From Dehalococcoidia bacterium (GTDB lineage: Bacteria; Chloroflexota; Dehalococcoidia; Plut-88900), in contig CBDFLQ010000005.1 in NCBI GenBank assembly GCA_965249275.1, forward strand, positions 256,001 to 320,000: a stretch of DNA of 64,000 nucleotides, read 5' to 3'. A program made the translations under genes and the position numbers. The notes under the pieces were generated by a model that saw nothing but the letters and a program-made list of their open reading frames with translations, did no database searches and had not been told where the DNA came from. Within the stretch, counting starts at the first letter, position 1, and every line of letters starts with the position of its first letter. Positions 9,879 to 22,232 of this stretch are shown piece by piece.

Positions 9879-10460
9879 ATGTTAGCCCTGATAGACAACT
9901 ACGACAGCTTCACCTACAACCTCTACCAGTACCTTTGCGAGCTGGGGCAGGAAGTGGAGGTGGTCCGGAACGACAAGACCACTATCGAGGAGATAGCGGG
10001 TTGGCACCCTGAGCGGATCATCGTGTCACCGGGGCCCTGCACTCCCAAAGAGGCCGGGATTTCGGTAGACGTGATCCGGCATTTCGGGCCATTGCTTCCA
10101 GTGCTGGGCGTGTGTCTAGGGCACCAGTGCATCGGGGCGGCGTATGGAGGGGTGGTTGGGTATGCGGGGGAGATAATGCACGGCAAGTCGTCGACGATCC
10201 ATCACGATGGCAAGGGTATGTACCAGGGACTGCCAAACCCCTTCGAGGCCATTCGCTACCACTCCCTGGCAATCCAGCAAGAGGATTTCCCCGATTGCCT
10301 GGACGTTACCGCCCGGACTGACAACGGGATAATCATGGGGGTGCGTCACAAGGAATACAGCGTAGAGGGTTTCCAGGCCCACCCGGAGTCGATAATGACG
10401 CCCGATGGCAAGAACCTGCTCAGGAATTTCCTGGGGCAGGAAATTAGGGTTCCCGCATAA
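9879..10460 (+). CDS. trpG: Anthranilate synthase component II
   Basis: IDNYDSFTYNL, SPGP, GVCLGHQ, HPES. Confidence 0.95.
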   Translation: MLALIDNYDSFTYNLYQYLCELGQEVEVVRNDKTTIEEIAGWHPERIIVSPGPCTPKEAGISVDVIRHFGPLLPVLGVCLGHQCIGAAYGGVVGYAGEIMHGKSSTIHHDGKGMYQGLPNPFEAIRYHSLAIQQEDFPDCLDVTARTDNGIIMGVRHKEYSVEGFQAHPESIMTPDGKNLLRNFLGQEIRVPA

Positions 10461-10464
10461 GCTG

Positions 10465-11478
10465 ATGATCAGAGAAGCCATCGAGAAGCTGATAAGGGGC
10501 GCGGACCTCACACAGGAGGAAGCAGCCCAGGTCATGGAAGAAATCATGACCGGAGAGGCCACGCCGGCCCAATTCGGGGCATTCGTCATCGGGCTGAGAC
10601 TAAAGGGCGAGACGGTGGATGAGATGACAGGCCTCGCGGCGGTGATGCGGGACAAGTCGCTTAAGGTCGACTTCAGCGGCCCGTCTGTCGACACCTGTGG
10701 CACGGGCGGCGACGACCTGGGCACGTTCAACATCTCCACAGCGGCGGCATTTGTGGTCGCCGGTGCGGGGATCGCCGTAGCCAAGCACGGGAACCGGGCT
10801 ATGACATCCAAGAGCGGCAGCGCAGACGTGCTCGAGAAGCAGGGGGTCAAGATAGACCTGGGGCCGGAGGGTGTGAAGCGGTGCATGGAAGAGGTGGGAA
10901 TTGGGTTTATGTTCGCGCCCCGCTTTCATCCCGCTATGAAGTTTGCCGTACAGCCAAGGAGGGAGATCGGGGTCAGGACGGTGTTCAACATCCTGGGCCC
11001 CCTGACCAATCCCGCGGGTGCCGAGGCTCAGGTGCTGGGCGTGCCCACAGACTCGGTGGGAGAGAAGATGGTACAGGTGCTACAAAGAATGGGCTCGGAG
11101 CGGGCTATTGTGGTGCACGCCGAGGACGGGTTGGATGAGATTTCCCTGAACAGCAAGACGAGCGTTTGGGAGCTTACTGACGGGGAAATCAGGCAATACA
11201 CGATCTCACCGGAAGACTTAGGCCTCGCGCCCGCCTCGCTTGAATCTCTAGCGGGGGGCTCGGTGGATGAGAACGCGGAGATAATGACGGATGTGCTGAG
11301 GGGGGCGTCAGGACCGCGGAGGGACGTGGTAGTGGCAAACGCCGCCGGGGGAATTGTTGCAGGGGGCAAGGCAGCCGACCTCCGGGAAGGCGTGCAAATA
11401 GCCCAGGAGTCCATCGACAGCGGTCGGGCTATGGAGAAGCTGGAACTGCTCAGGAAAGTCAGCCAAGGGCTGGAGTAA
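10465..11478 (+). CDS. trpD: Anthranilate phosphoribosyltransferase
   Basis: DTCGTGGD, FNIST, KHGNR, GSAD. Confidence 0.96.
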   Translation: MIREAIEKLIRGADLTQEEAAQVMEEIMTGEATPAQFGAFVIGLRLKGETVDEMTGLAAVMRDKSLKVDFSGPSVDTCGTGGDDLGTFNISTAAAFVVAGAGIAVAKHGNRAMTSKSGSADVLEKQGVKIDLGPEGVKRCMEEVGIGFMFAPRFHPAMKFAVQPRREIGVRTVFNILGPLTNPAGAEAQVLGVPTDSVGEKMVQVLQRMGSERAIVVHAEDGLDEISLNSKTSVWELTDGEIRQYTISPEDLGLAPASLESLAGGSVDENAEIMTDVLRGASGPRRDVVVANAAGGIVAGGKAADLREGVQIAQESIDSGRAMEKLELLRKVSQGLE

Positions 11479-11506
11479 GCCGAGGCGGAAAGCTACTAGC
11501 GGGATC

Positions 11507-12328
11507 ATGGGCAAGACCGGAACAATACTCGACAAGATAGTGGCAGTGAAGCGCCTGGACCTGGAACGGGCCAAGGCTGAGATGTCGCGCTCGGTACTTG
11601 AGGAACGGGCCTTGGTGCAGAGTCCTCCCCGGTCCCTGATCGGGGCATTGCAATCGGAGGGAGTTGCTCTGATTGCCGAGGTTAAGAAGGCCTCTCCGTC
11701 CCGCGGGCTTTTGGCCCCGGACTTCGACCCGGTGGCCCTCGCCCGAACCTACGCGGAGAACGGCGCTGCCGCCATATCCGTGCTGACAGAGACACCACAC
11801 TTTCAGGGTCGGTTGGAATTCTTAAGGGAGATACGAGAAGATTTGGGCAATGGCTGTCCTCCCCTTCTGAGAAAAGACTTTATCTTCGACGGGTACCAGG
11901 TCTGGGAGGCTCGGGCCTGGGGAGCCGACGCAATACTTCTGATAGCGTCCATATTGGAGGAAGATGAGATGGGAGACCTGTTGGCAGCAGCACAATGCTT
12001 GGGCATGGACGCCCTCGTCGAGGCGCACACGGAGGGCGAGGTGAAGGCTGCACTTTCGGCGGGAGCGTCCCTTATCGGGATCAACAATCGGGACTTGGCC
12101 ACATTCGAGGTGGACCTGGATACGACCCGGAAGCTCAGGCCACTGGTCCCGGCGGAGAAGGTAGTGGTGGCTGAGAGCGGGATCTTCACGCGGGACGATG
12201 TGGCTATGGTGTCTGAGTGGGGTGTGGATGCGGTGCTAGTCGGGGAGGGGTTGGTGAAGTCGGGGGACGTGGGAGCGAAAGTGAGAGAGTTGGCCGCGGC
12301 GCACCTGGAGAGAGTTCCTCGTGACTAA
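11507..12328 (+). CDS. trpC: Indole-3-glycerol phosphate synthase
   Basis: IAEVKKASPS, LRKDF, GINNRDL, AESGI. Confidence 0.96.
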   Translation: MGKTGTILDKIVAVKRLDLERAKAEMSRSVLEERALVQSPPRSLIGALQSEGVALIAEVKKASPSRGLLAPDFDPVALARTYAENGAAAISVLTETPHFQGRLEFLREIREDLGNGCPPLLRKDFIFDGYQVWEARAWGADAILLIASILEEDEMGDLLAAAQCLGMDALVEAHTEGEVKAALSAGASLIGINNRDLATFEVDLDTTRKLRPLVPAEKVVVAESGIFTRDDVAMVSEWGVDAVLVGEGLVKSGDVGAKVRELAAAHLERVPRD

Positions 12329-13022
12329 GTTCAAAGTGTGCGGTCTCAGACAGGGTGAAGACGGACAGGTTGCTATCCGCGAGGGAGCAGGCTTTATAGG
12401 GCTGATCTTTGCCCCCAGCAAGAGGCAGCTAACGGCGGACGAGGCTCGGGAGATCCTGGGCATGGCTCGATCCGAACAAACCTCAGCAGACCGGCAACCG
12501 GAGGCCGTGGGTGTTTTCGTAAATGCCCCAGCGGACGAGGTCAACCGGATAGCCGATTACTGCGGTCTGGACAGATTGCAACTACACGGGGATGAGTCCT
12601 TGGAATATTGTTCAGCCATAGAAAAGCCCATCCTTAAGGTTGTGAGGATCGAGGCTGGGGCGAGGGGAGACGACCTTCTATCCGCCCTGGAGGATGAGCT
12701 TGGGGCAATAATTGCCGCCGGGCACACGCCGATGCTCGATACCGTGTCCAAGGGGCCGTACTACGGCGGCACCGGCCAGCCGTTCGACTGGGCTGTCGCG
12801 GCTGAGCTGGCGGAGAAGTTCGACTTTGTGCTGTCCGGAGGGCTGAACCCCGATAACGTGGCTAAGGCAATCGAGCAAGTGCGGCCCTGGGCAGTCGATG
12901 TGTCGAGCGGCGTGGAGACGGACGGAATGAAGGACCCGGAGAAGATAAAGGCCTTTGCACGGGCCGTCGTCCGTGCCGACAAAGCTATTACCAGAGGTCG
13001 GCCAGTCCCGAAACCAGCATGA
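12321..13022 (+). CDS. trpF: Phosphoribosylanthranilate isomerase
   Basis: KVCGL, QLHGDE, GGTG, LSGGL, DVSSGVE. Confidence 0.95.
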   Translation: MTKFKVCGLRQGEDGQVAIREGAGFIGLIFAPSKRQLTADEAREILGMARSEQTSADRQPEAVGVFVNAPADEVNRIADYCGLDRLQLHGDESLEYCSAIEKPILKVVRIEAGARGDDLLSALEDELGAIIAAGHTPMLDTVSKGPYYGGTGQPFDWAVAAELAEKFDFVLSGGLNPDNVAKAIEQVRPWAVDVSSGVETDGMKDPEKIKAFARAVVRADKAITRGRPVPKPA

Positions 13023-14236
13023 CTACTTCCCGCTCCTCTTCAACATACGCCTACCCCGATGAGTCAGGGCGCTATGGCGACTTCGGGGGCAAGTTCATCC
13101 CCGAGACGCTGATGCCCGCTCTGGATGAGCTGGAAGAAGAGTACCGAGCTGCGCGGGCCGATCCCGCATTCGGGGCCCGGGTAGCCGACCTTTCGGCCAA
13201 CTACGCGGGCCGCCCGACGGCTCTCTACCTGGCCGAGACCCTTACGACGCAGGCCGGGGGCACGAAGATATACCTGAAGAGGGAAGACCTGGCCCATACC
13301 GGCGCACACAAGATCAACAACGTCCTTGGGCAGGGGCTCCTGGCGCAAAGGATGGGCAAGCGGCGTATCATCGCAGAGACGGGGGCTGGGCAGCATGGGG
13401 TGGCGTCGGCGACCATCTGCGCCATGCTCGGGCTGGAATGTATCGTTTATATGGGTGAAAAGGACATCCAACGGCAGGCGCTGAACGTGTTCAGGATGAA
13501 GCTGCTGGGAGCGGAGGTGGTGAGCGTTAAGTCGGGGAGTATGACGCTGAAGGATGCGATCAACGAGGCGATCCGGGACTGGGTGACCAACGTGCGCACA
13601 ACACACTATCTGCTCGGGAGCGTGGTCGGGCCGCACCCGTACCCGATGATGGTGCGGGACTTCCAGTCGGTGATAGGCAGGGAGGCGCGGCAGCAGATGT
13701 TGGACGCGGAAGGTCGGCTGCCGGACTACGCTGTCGCCTGTGTGGGAGGAGGCAGCAACGCCATGGGCTTGTTTCACCCTTTCATTGGTGATGAGAAAGT
13801 ACAGTTGGTGGGCGTGGAGGCGGCGGGTGAAGGGATAGAAAGTGGACATCACGCCTCGTCCCTGGGACACGGCAGACCGGGAGTACTGCACGGGTCGAAT
13901 TCGTACTTGCTGCAAGATGCCCACGGACAGGTGATGGAAGCGCACAGCATATCGGCGGGGCTGGACTATCCGGGGGTCGGGCCCGAACACAGCCATCTGA
14001 AGTCTACGGGCAGGGCTTCCTATGTGTCGGTGACCGACGATCAGGCCCTGGAGGGTTTCCATTTGCTGAGCCGCTCCGAGGGCATAATACCGGCCTTGGA
14101 ATCCTCACACGCGGTGTACCACGCTGTGGAGCTAGCCAAGACCCTCAGCAAGGACCAAATAGTCCTGGTGAACCTGTCGGGGCGGGGGGACAAGGACATA
14201 GATACGGTGGCGCAGGCCACGGGGGTGAGGATTTAG
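13019..14236 (+). CDS. trpB: Tryptophan synthase beta chain (TrpB1 type)
   Basis: [40 protein letters not shown]. Confidence 0.97.
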   Translation: MTTSRSSSTYAYPDESGRYGDFGGKFIPETLMPALDELEEEYRAARADPAFGARVADLSANYAGRPTALYLAETLTTQAGGTKIYLKREDLAHTGAHKINNVLGQGLLAQRMGKRRIIAETGAGQHGVASATICAMLGLECIVYMGEKDIQRQALNVFRMKLLGAEVVSVKSGSMTLKDAINEAIRDWVTNVRTTHYLLGSVVGPHPYPMMVRDFQSVIGREARQQMLDAEGRLPDYAVACVGGGSNAMGLFHPFIGDEKVQLVGVEAAGEGIESGHHASSLGHGRPGVLHGSNSYLLQDAHGQVMEAHSISAGLDYPGVGPEHSHLKSTGRASYVSVTDDQALEGFHLLSRSEGIIPALESSHAVYHAVELAKTLSKDQIVLVNLSGRGDKDIDTVAQATGVRI

Positions 14237-14276
14237 GGGGCGGCTAATTGGCGCGGGGCAAAAACCTATAGGTACT

Positions 14277-14564
14277 CTAGACCTGAGCCTTGCGATCAAT
14301 CTCGGCCTTAGTTGCACGGTAGCTTGACTCCAGGTTAAGCCAGACTTGGGCTTTCAATCCGAGGACATTCTCCAAGGCGAGGGCTGATTCTCGGGTTATG
14401 GTTGTCTCGCCCGCAATGATGCCGTCGACAATTTCTACGGCGCACTCGAGACTTGAAGCTAATTCCGAGGGAGTCATTCTCCGGGCTTCTAGCTCTTCAG
14501 CCAGTAATTCTCCGGGGGGAATCGCTATATTGGAGCGCAAGCGGACTTTCTTCTCAGTCGCCAT
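14277..14564 (-). CDS. higA: HigA-family antitoxin (HTH)
   Basis: PPGELLAEEL, ITRESALAL, WLNLESSY. Confidence 0.85.
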   Translation of the reverse strand: MATEKKVRLRSNIAIPPGELLAEELEARRMTPSELASSLECAVEIVDGIIAGETTITRESALALENVLGLKAQVWLNLESSYRATKAEIDRKAQV

Positions 14565-14850
14565 AGTGTCTTGAAACCTCTACTACCCGGACTTCGTTAA
14601 CCGCCTCTTTTTCGACAATGAGTCGCCATCTATCGTGAATCGTTATCGCGAATTGGCCTGCCCGATTACCTCGTAGCGGGTGTAACCTGAGCGATCTGGC
14701 ATCATATAAGTCTTCCAAACGTTCGGTAGCATATAACAACTCTATCCTACCGACATATTTGCGTCCAGCTATATCGCCCCATGTGCGCCTTGCATGGTCT
14801 AAGTCTTCGAAACATCTTTGTAATTTGGCGGTTGAAAACCTGACTTCCAT
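14554..14850 (-). CDS. higB: HigB-family (RelE/ParE) toxin
   Basis: LHPLRGNRAGQFAITIHDRWRLI; toxin-first order, overlapping higA. Confidence 0.85.
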   Translation of the reverse strand: MEVRFSTAKLQRCFEDLDHARRTWGDIAGRKYVGRIELLYATERLEDLYDARSLRLHPLRGNRAGQFAITIHDRWRLIVEKEAVNEVRVVEVSRHYGD

Positions 14851-14873
14851 GACGGAGCTTTTAACATTGAGAA

Positions 14874-14893
14874 GGTGGCACCATAGTGTCACC
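14874..14893. promoter_or_regulatory. Imperfect palindrome upstream of higB, candidate HigA operator
   Basis: GGTGGCAC-CATA-GTGTCACC. Confidence 0.5.
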
Positions 14894-15046
14894 ATCTCTT
14901 AGTAAGCGAGACATTGTGATCGATACGGTGGCTCAGGCAATGGACGGAAAGACCCCTTTGGAGACCCTACAATCCCTCTAATTCTGTCAACGAATTACCT
15001 GACATCTACAGGAATGACGGAGGGGGCGGGTCTCGTTCCGTTTGAG

Positions 15047-16050
15047 TATTCAGTTGTGTGGGGTGAGGGTGGGGTTATTTGTCAGACGGGGACGGCTCCT
15101 TTCGGTGGTGGAGGGAAGGCGACCAGCCAGTCGGCCATACGTGGGAGGGAATGGGTTCACGCTTCCCGTAGGCGGACTTGCGACAGCCCAGGTTGAGCGG
15201 CAAAAGGGGATGGATTCCGGCTCGGGGGCCGGAAGGATGGAGTAAAGGGGCGGGAATGACGGAACGGGAGGGGGAGGGGATGGAAGGTCCCGGACGGTTG
15301 CGCAGGAAGACGGCGACGCCTGTACCGATGCGTGTTGTCCGCCACAGCGGATGTTCCACATTGGCGCCGGCTTTGCGACAGCCCCGTGCTTCTGAGAGGA
15401 TGTGGAGGAGACGCGAGGGAATCTCGGTGTGGGGCAGTCTCGACCACCAGAAGTGCCCGGCCATACGGAGATATGGGGGCGTGGACTCTCTGCCGTCGCT
15501 GTGTGGCATGGCCTCTCCGAGGGCAACGACGGTGGAGTCCGGTGAGGGGGAATTGCGCTCGGCCACTCGGAGGGGTGGTGGGAGCGGTGACTGACTGCCG
15601 TCGCCGGGTGAAAGGGGGTCTCCGAGAGGGACGACGGTGTAGTCCTGCAAGGGCGTGATGGCCCTTAGCCTGAGCCCGGGATATTTGGGCTCCTTGGATG
15701 CGCCGAGGGCGGATCCACTGCGCCCGGTGAGAGGGGCGCCTATCCGGCAGTTGCCTTTGGAAAGGGCAAGCCGTTTTTTGTCCGGGAACCTTCCATAGCC
15801 GGTCACGTAGACCGGGAGGGACAGTGATTGATCGCTGCGGAGGCGGAGGCGATGGGCCTTGGGGCAGCGCTTGTAGTGGGGGATGTGTAGTGGGACGGTG
15901 GGTGGAAAGGGGCAGGTGAAGAGGCGCGTGCCGGAAGCCGTGCGGTGCCATACCGTTCGGTTGCAACGGGGCCTATGAAGGCTGGTGCGACTCATGGGAC
16001 TCCTTTAGTCCTTTTCCTTATTAGGGCCGACGTTGGGAGTCGGGCCTGAG
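15047..16050 (-). ncRNA. Candidate large structured RNA, copy 1 (divergent)
   Basis: Shared promoter at 16055-16098; long-range arms 15781-15796 and 15280-15294; duplicated internal hairpins; C/A-rich tail. Confidence 0.4.
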
Positions 16051-16054
16051 GGGC

Positions 16055-16098
16055 AATATAGTACATGTGTTCAAGGCAAGTCAAGGGGTTAGTGTCAC
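16055..16098 (-). promoter_or_regulatory. Sigma70-type promoter with LexA-like box
   Basis: Minus strand GTGACAC-N7-TTGACT-N18-TATATT; the spacer contains GAAC-ACAT-GTAC. Confidence 0.65.
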
Positions 16099-16119
16099 AT
16101 TTGAGGGCGGGATGGGGAG

Positions 16120-16545
16120 GGAAGCCCCGCCCCAGATTCCTCGCGGGGCCTCGGAATGACGGGGGAGAAGGGGGTGGGTGGGTGGGGAGGGGTGTGACGG
16201 ATTGGTGGGGCGTGGGCCGCCCCCCGCTCGACCCTTCGAGTGCCTCAGGGTGAGCGGCCCCACGCCGCGGGATGGATTCGTGCCTCGGCGCTGGCATGAC
16301 GGAGTAAAGGGAGGGAGAGGGGACTGGACCCCACTCCCCAGATTCCTCGCGGGGTCTCGGAATGACAGTGTAAACGACCTCGCTTGGGAGTCAGGATAAC
16401 CACGACGGATTGGTAGTGCAGGGCCACCCCTCGCTCGACCCTTCGACATTGCTCAGGGTGAGCGGCCCCGTCCCTAGGGATGCCCTCGCCCCTACGCCGC
16501 GGGATGAATTCCGGCTCTCGGGGGCCGGAATGACGGAGGGGAGTG
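16120..16545. repeat. Cluster of REP-like palindromes (families A, B, C)
   Basis: Two cycles of AGATTCCTCGCGGGGCCTCGGAATGAC, GCTCGACCCTTCGA...CTCAGGGTGAGCGGCCC and GGATGGATTC...ATGAC. Confidence 0.85.
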
Positions 16546-16554
16546 GGGAGGGGT

Positions 16555-19452
<2,898 letters not shown>

Positions 19453-19644
19453 GGAATGCAGTCACCTAAACTAAGGGGGTCCGGGAGGCCGACGACAATT
19501 TTAGCATCGGGGTGGGGGGAGGGGAAAGGGTGTGTGCTCGTTCGGTAGATTAGTGACACACCGGGTTTTTATTCAGTTGTGGGGGGTGGGGTTTGATTGT
19601 TTTGGGGTTTCAGGCACGAGTTTGATTGTTTAAGGGGCGGGAAG

Positions 19645-19770
19645 GGAACCCTCACCCCCTTGATCCCCCTCTCCCTTAGGGCCTTCAAGGGAGAGGGGGA
19701 GAGAAGAACAGAGGCAGAGGTTGGCGCAGAAGCGCCAACCTCTGCCTCTAGTTCAATACTGGGGAGGGGA
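19645..19770. repeat. Two-hairpin repeat, family D
   Basis: GGGAACCCTCACCCCCTTGATCCCCCTCTCCCTT...AAGGGAGAGGGGGA followed by a second hairpin; first part near-identical to the copy at 31738. Confidence 0.8.
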
Positions 19771-19790
19771 TGACGGTGGGGAAGGAGTTG

Positions 19791-20385
19791 TTCAGTTGTT
19801 GGGTTTCGTTTTCCATTTTGTCTGTTGGGAAGGGGTAGGCGATGGAAGGTCCGGGACTCTTATGCAGGGGCGGGAGGCCGGCCTGCTCATCCCACTTGTG
19901 TTTTGTGAAGGCGGTACAGGGTGGAGAAAATCTCCCAGTGTGGGGGTTCCCCGTCCACCAGAAGGGCTCGATGGCCCTTGGAGCCCCGGGTTGCGGGGCT
20001 CATCCGATTCGCCGGCAAGTTCAATGCCGACCACGTAGTGCGCCCTGCAAGAAAGGCGCTGCATCTTTCGGCTGTTATGGCCCATCTCTTCGGCCCTTCC
20101 ATTAGGAGGGCCTGTGCCGGATAAAGAGGGGCTACATCGGCTGCGATGGCCCTTCCCTCAGGAGGGCCTGTGCCGGGTTGAGTCCAGGACATCTTCCATC
20201 GCCTGGGGATCAGGGAAGGGGCACGGGACCCGATGGGGATGAGGAGATGGCGACTGTCGCTTGTGCCGCGGGCCCCGTGTATGGGCCGTTGGGATGGGCT
20301 TAGACGTTGAGTCCTCGGGGCCGGGGCTGGTGTTCCCCCTGGGTTTTTGGTTCCTCCTTAAGGTAGTTAGGGTGATGTTCGAACG
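19791..20385 (-). ncRNA. Candidate large structured RNA, copy 2
   Basis: About 200 nt of 5' region alignable with copy 3; arms 20187-20204 and 19837-19852; serial hairpins; no credible ORF. Confidence 0.55.
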
Positions 20386-20391
20386 GTGAGG

Positions 20392-20435
20392 ATAATAGCA
20401 CGGAAGTTCTGGTCAGGTCAAGGGGGTGGTGTCAC
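20392..20435 (-). promoter_or_regulatory. Sigma70-type promoter with LexA-like box
   Basis: GTGACAC-N7-TTGACC-N18-TATTAT; the spacer contains GAAC-TTCC-GTGC. Confidence 0.65.
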
Positions 20436-20506
20436 ACTTTTTGGGGGGAGGGGAAAGGTGGGTGAAGTTCGATAGAGATGGTCGGTGGGGGTTCATTTCT
20501 ACAATC

Positions 20507-20761
20507 TCATGGACGTTGAACGGATCTCAGCCAACAACCTTCCGGAACATCAACCGAGTGTAGTGGAGAGGGAGGCGATATATGCAACCCCCCCTTTTCC
20601 ATTTCTTCCATCCAGTCCTGCATAGCGTCCCTGGCGTTGATCAGAGCATCTTCGACTGTGTAGCCCATGGCGACGCAGCCGGGGAGGTCGGGGAAGACAA
20701 CTCCGTAGGCGCCTTCACGACCATCCATGAGAGCAGGATAAGTTATGGGCCCAGCTTCCAT
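20507..20761 (-). CDS. HicB-family antitoxin-like protein (orphan)
   Basis: YGVVFPDLPGCVAMGYTVEDALINARDA; AGGAGG RBS. Confidence 0.8.
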   Translation of the reverse strand: MEAGPITYPALMDGREGAYGVVFPDLPGCVAMGYTVEDALINARDAMQDWMEEMEKGGLHISPPSPLHSVDVPEGCWLRSVQRP

Positions 20762-20912
20762 ATACAAACCTCCTATGATTTGTGGGACTTTGAGGACGAT
20801 ATTCTGATTGCATTCGTGCCTGTATCCTTGAACTTCGCAAGAATTTTCGTGGGGGCCGGGGTGGGGAGGCGGTTGAAGAGGAACGGGAAAAAGAGGTACA
20901 TGGGAATGGGAT

Positions 20913-20957
20913 ATTATAGGTGAGGGGTTCGGGGGTGGGTCAATGGGCCGGTGTCAC
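20913..20957 (-). promoter_or_regulatory. Sigma70-type promoter of the same architecture
   Basis: GTGACAC-N7-TTGACC-N19-TATAAT; only the GAAC half-site is present. Confidence 0.55.
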
Positions 20958-21002
20958 ACGGGACAGGGCGTTGCAGGTTAGACGAAAGACAAGGGGAGAA
21001 GC

Positions 21003-22154
21003 ATGAAAAACGGCGTGAAGGTATTTGATGCGGACATGCACATCATGGAGGACCTGAAGTTCGTGGAGTATATGGACCCGGAGTACCGGGACCGGGGCCC
21101 GAAAGCTGCCCCTGTCGACGAAAGCTTCCCGGACTTCACGGGGTCTACTCTAGAAGGGAAAGCGTTGTCGGGGCCCGCGCACATCTATCCCACCCCCGAG
21201 ATGAGACCGGGAGCAGCCTTGTCCAGACGCTCCTTTGCCGAAGGCATGGCCAAATATGTCGAGGGCCGGGCCGACGGGTTTGGGCCCAAGTCACAGATGC
21301 TGGCCCTGGATACCGAGGGGATAGACATCGCGGCACTCTATCCTTCTTCCACGATATTGAGCTTTCCCACACCCAAAACCGACGGCCTCGATCCGAAGCT
21401 GTCGGCGGCGATATGCCGGGGTTACAACGACTGGCTGACGGACTTCTGCTCGATAGACAGCGCGAGGTTGAAGGGTGTCGCGGCTACGCCTATTCATGAC
21501 GTGGAGGAGTCGGTGATCGAGATCAATCGGGCGGTGAAAGAAAACTCGATGGTCGCGGCATACATACGGCCCAACGTGATAAACGGCCGCAACCTTCACG
21601 ATGCCTACTACGATCCTCTCTATTCGACGCTGGAAGAGCTGAATATCCCGCTGGTGGTACACGAAGGAACGGCGGGCGGGCCGCCGGGCGCCGACCAGCG
21701 GTTCCTGGGCAACTGGGTGATGATGCACATGGCCGCTCATCCGCTGGAGCAGATGCTTGGCAGCGAGAGCATAGTGGTGGGAGGGGTGCTGGAGAGGCAC
21801 CCGAAGCTTAGAGTTGCGTTTCTGGAGTGCGGGTGCAGCTGGCTGGTCTACTGGCTGTGGAGACTGGACGAGGAGCTGGAAGCGTGGGGCTGGCACGAGG
21901 TGCCGTGGTTGAAGAAGAAGCCCAGCGAATATTTCATGGAGCAGTGCTGGGTGTCGATGGAAGGGGACGAGCCGGGGGCAAAGTACTACGTGGAGATGCG
22001 TGGGAATGACAGGCTGCTATGGGCGTCGGACTATCCTCACCCGGATGCCGGTTACCCGAATGCGACAGAGGAGTTCCTGGGTTTGGACGCGATATCCGAG
22101 GAGACAAAGAGGAAGGTGCTGTGGGACAACCCGATGGCGTTTTACGGGTTTTAG
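21003..22154 (+). CDS. Amidohydrolase family 2 protein
   Basis: DADMH, VVHE, HPKLRVAFLECG, WASDYPH. Confidence 0.9.
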   Translation: MKNGVKVFDADMHIMEDLKFVEYMDPEYRDRGPKAAPVDESFPDFTGSTLEGKALSGPAHIYPTPEMRPGAALSRRSFAEGMAKYVEGRADGFGPKSQMLALDTEGIDIAALYPSSTILSFPTPKTDGLDPKLSAAICRGYNDWLTDFCSIDSARLKGVAATPIHDVEESVIEINRAVKENSMVAAYIRPNVINGRNLHDAYYDPLYSTLEELNIPLVVHEGTAGGPPGADQRFLGNWVMMHMAAHPLEQMLGSESIVVGGVLERHPKLRVAFLECGCSWLVYWLWRLDEELEAWGWHEVPWLKKKPSEYFMEQCWVSMEGDEPGAKYYVEMRGNDRLLWASDYPHPDAGYPNATEEFLGLDAISEETKRKVLWDNPMAFYGF

Positions 22155-22232
22155 GGGGGAGCTTCAGGAACCTAGAAGTTAAAACGCGGAATTGATGATC
22201 ATGCCCTTACAAACGTCTACAGGACACCGAAA

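Noticed and set aside
15075-15995. 306-aa ORF with a good RBS
   Set aside because: Pro/Arg/Ser-rich, no recognised domain, runs through hairpins and a repeat, and is not conserved in copies 2 and 3; not called as a CDS, though not fully excluded.
16160-16200. G-quadruplex-like G runs in repeat spacers
   Set aside because: Explained by the general G skew of these intergenic spacers; no independent support.
16120-16545. Repeat clusters as a CRISPR array
   Set aside because: Mixed repeat types, irregular low-complexity spacers and no cas genes.
19525-19560. LexA box directly upstream of uvrA
   Set aside because: Only a GAAC half-site (GAACGAGCACAC on the minus strand); too weak to call.
19840-19860. 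GATGGAAGGTCCGGGACTC resembles the RNase P RNA motif GAGGAAAGTCCGGGC
   Set aside because: Occurs in three copies, pairs with a distal arm, lacks the other RNase P conserved regions, and the promoter faces the other strand.
19791-20385. Retron msr-msd or group II intron
   Set aside because: Inverted arms are present, but there is no reverse transcriptase in the window and no recognisable domain V.
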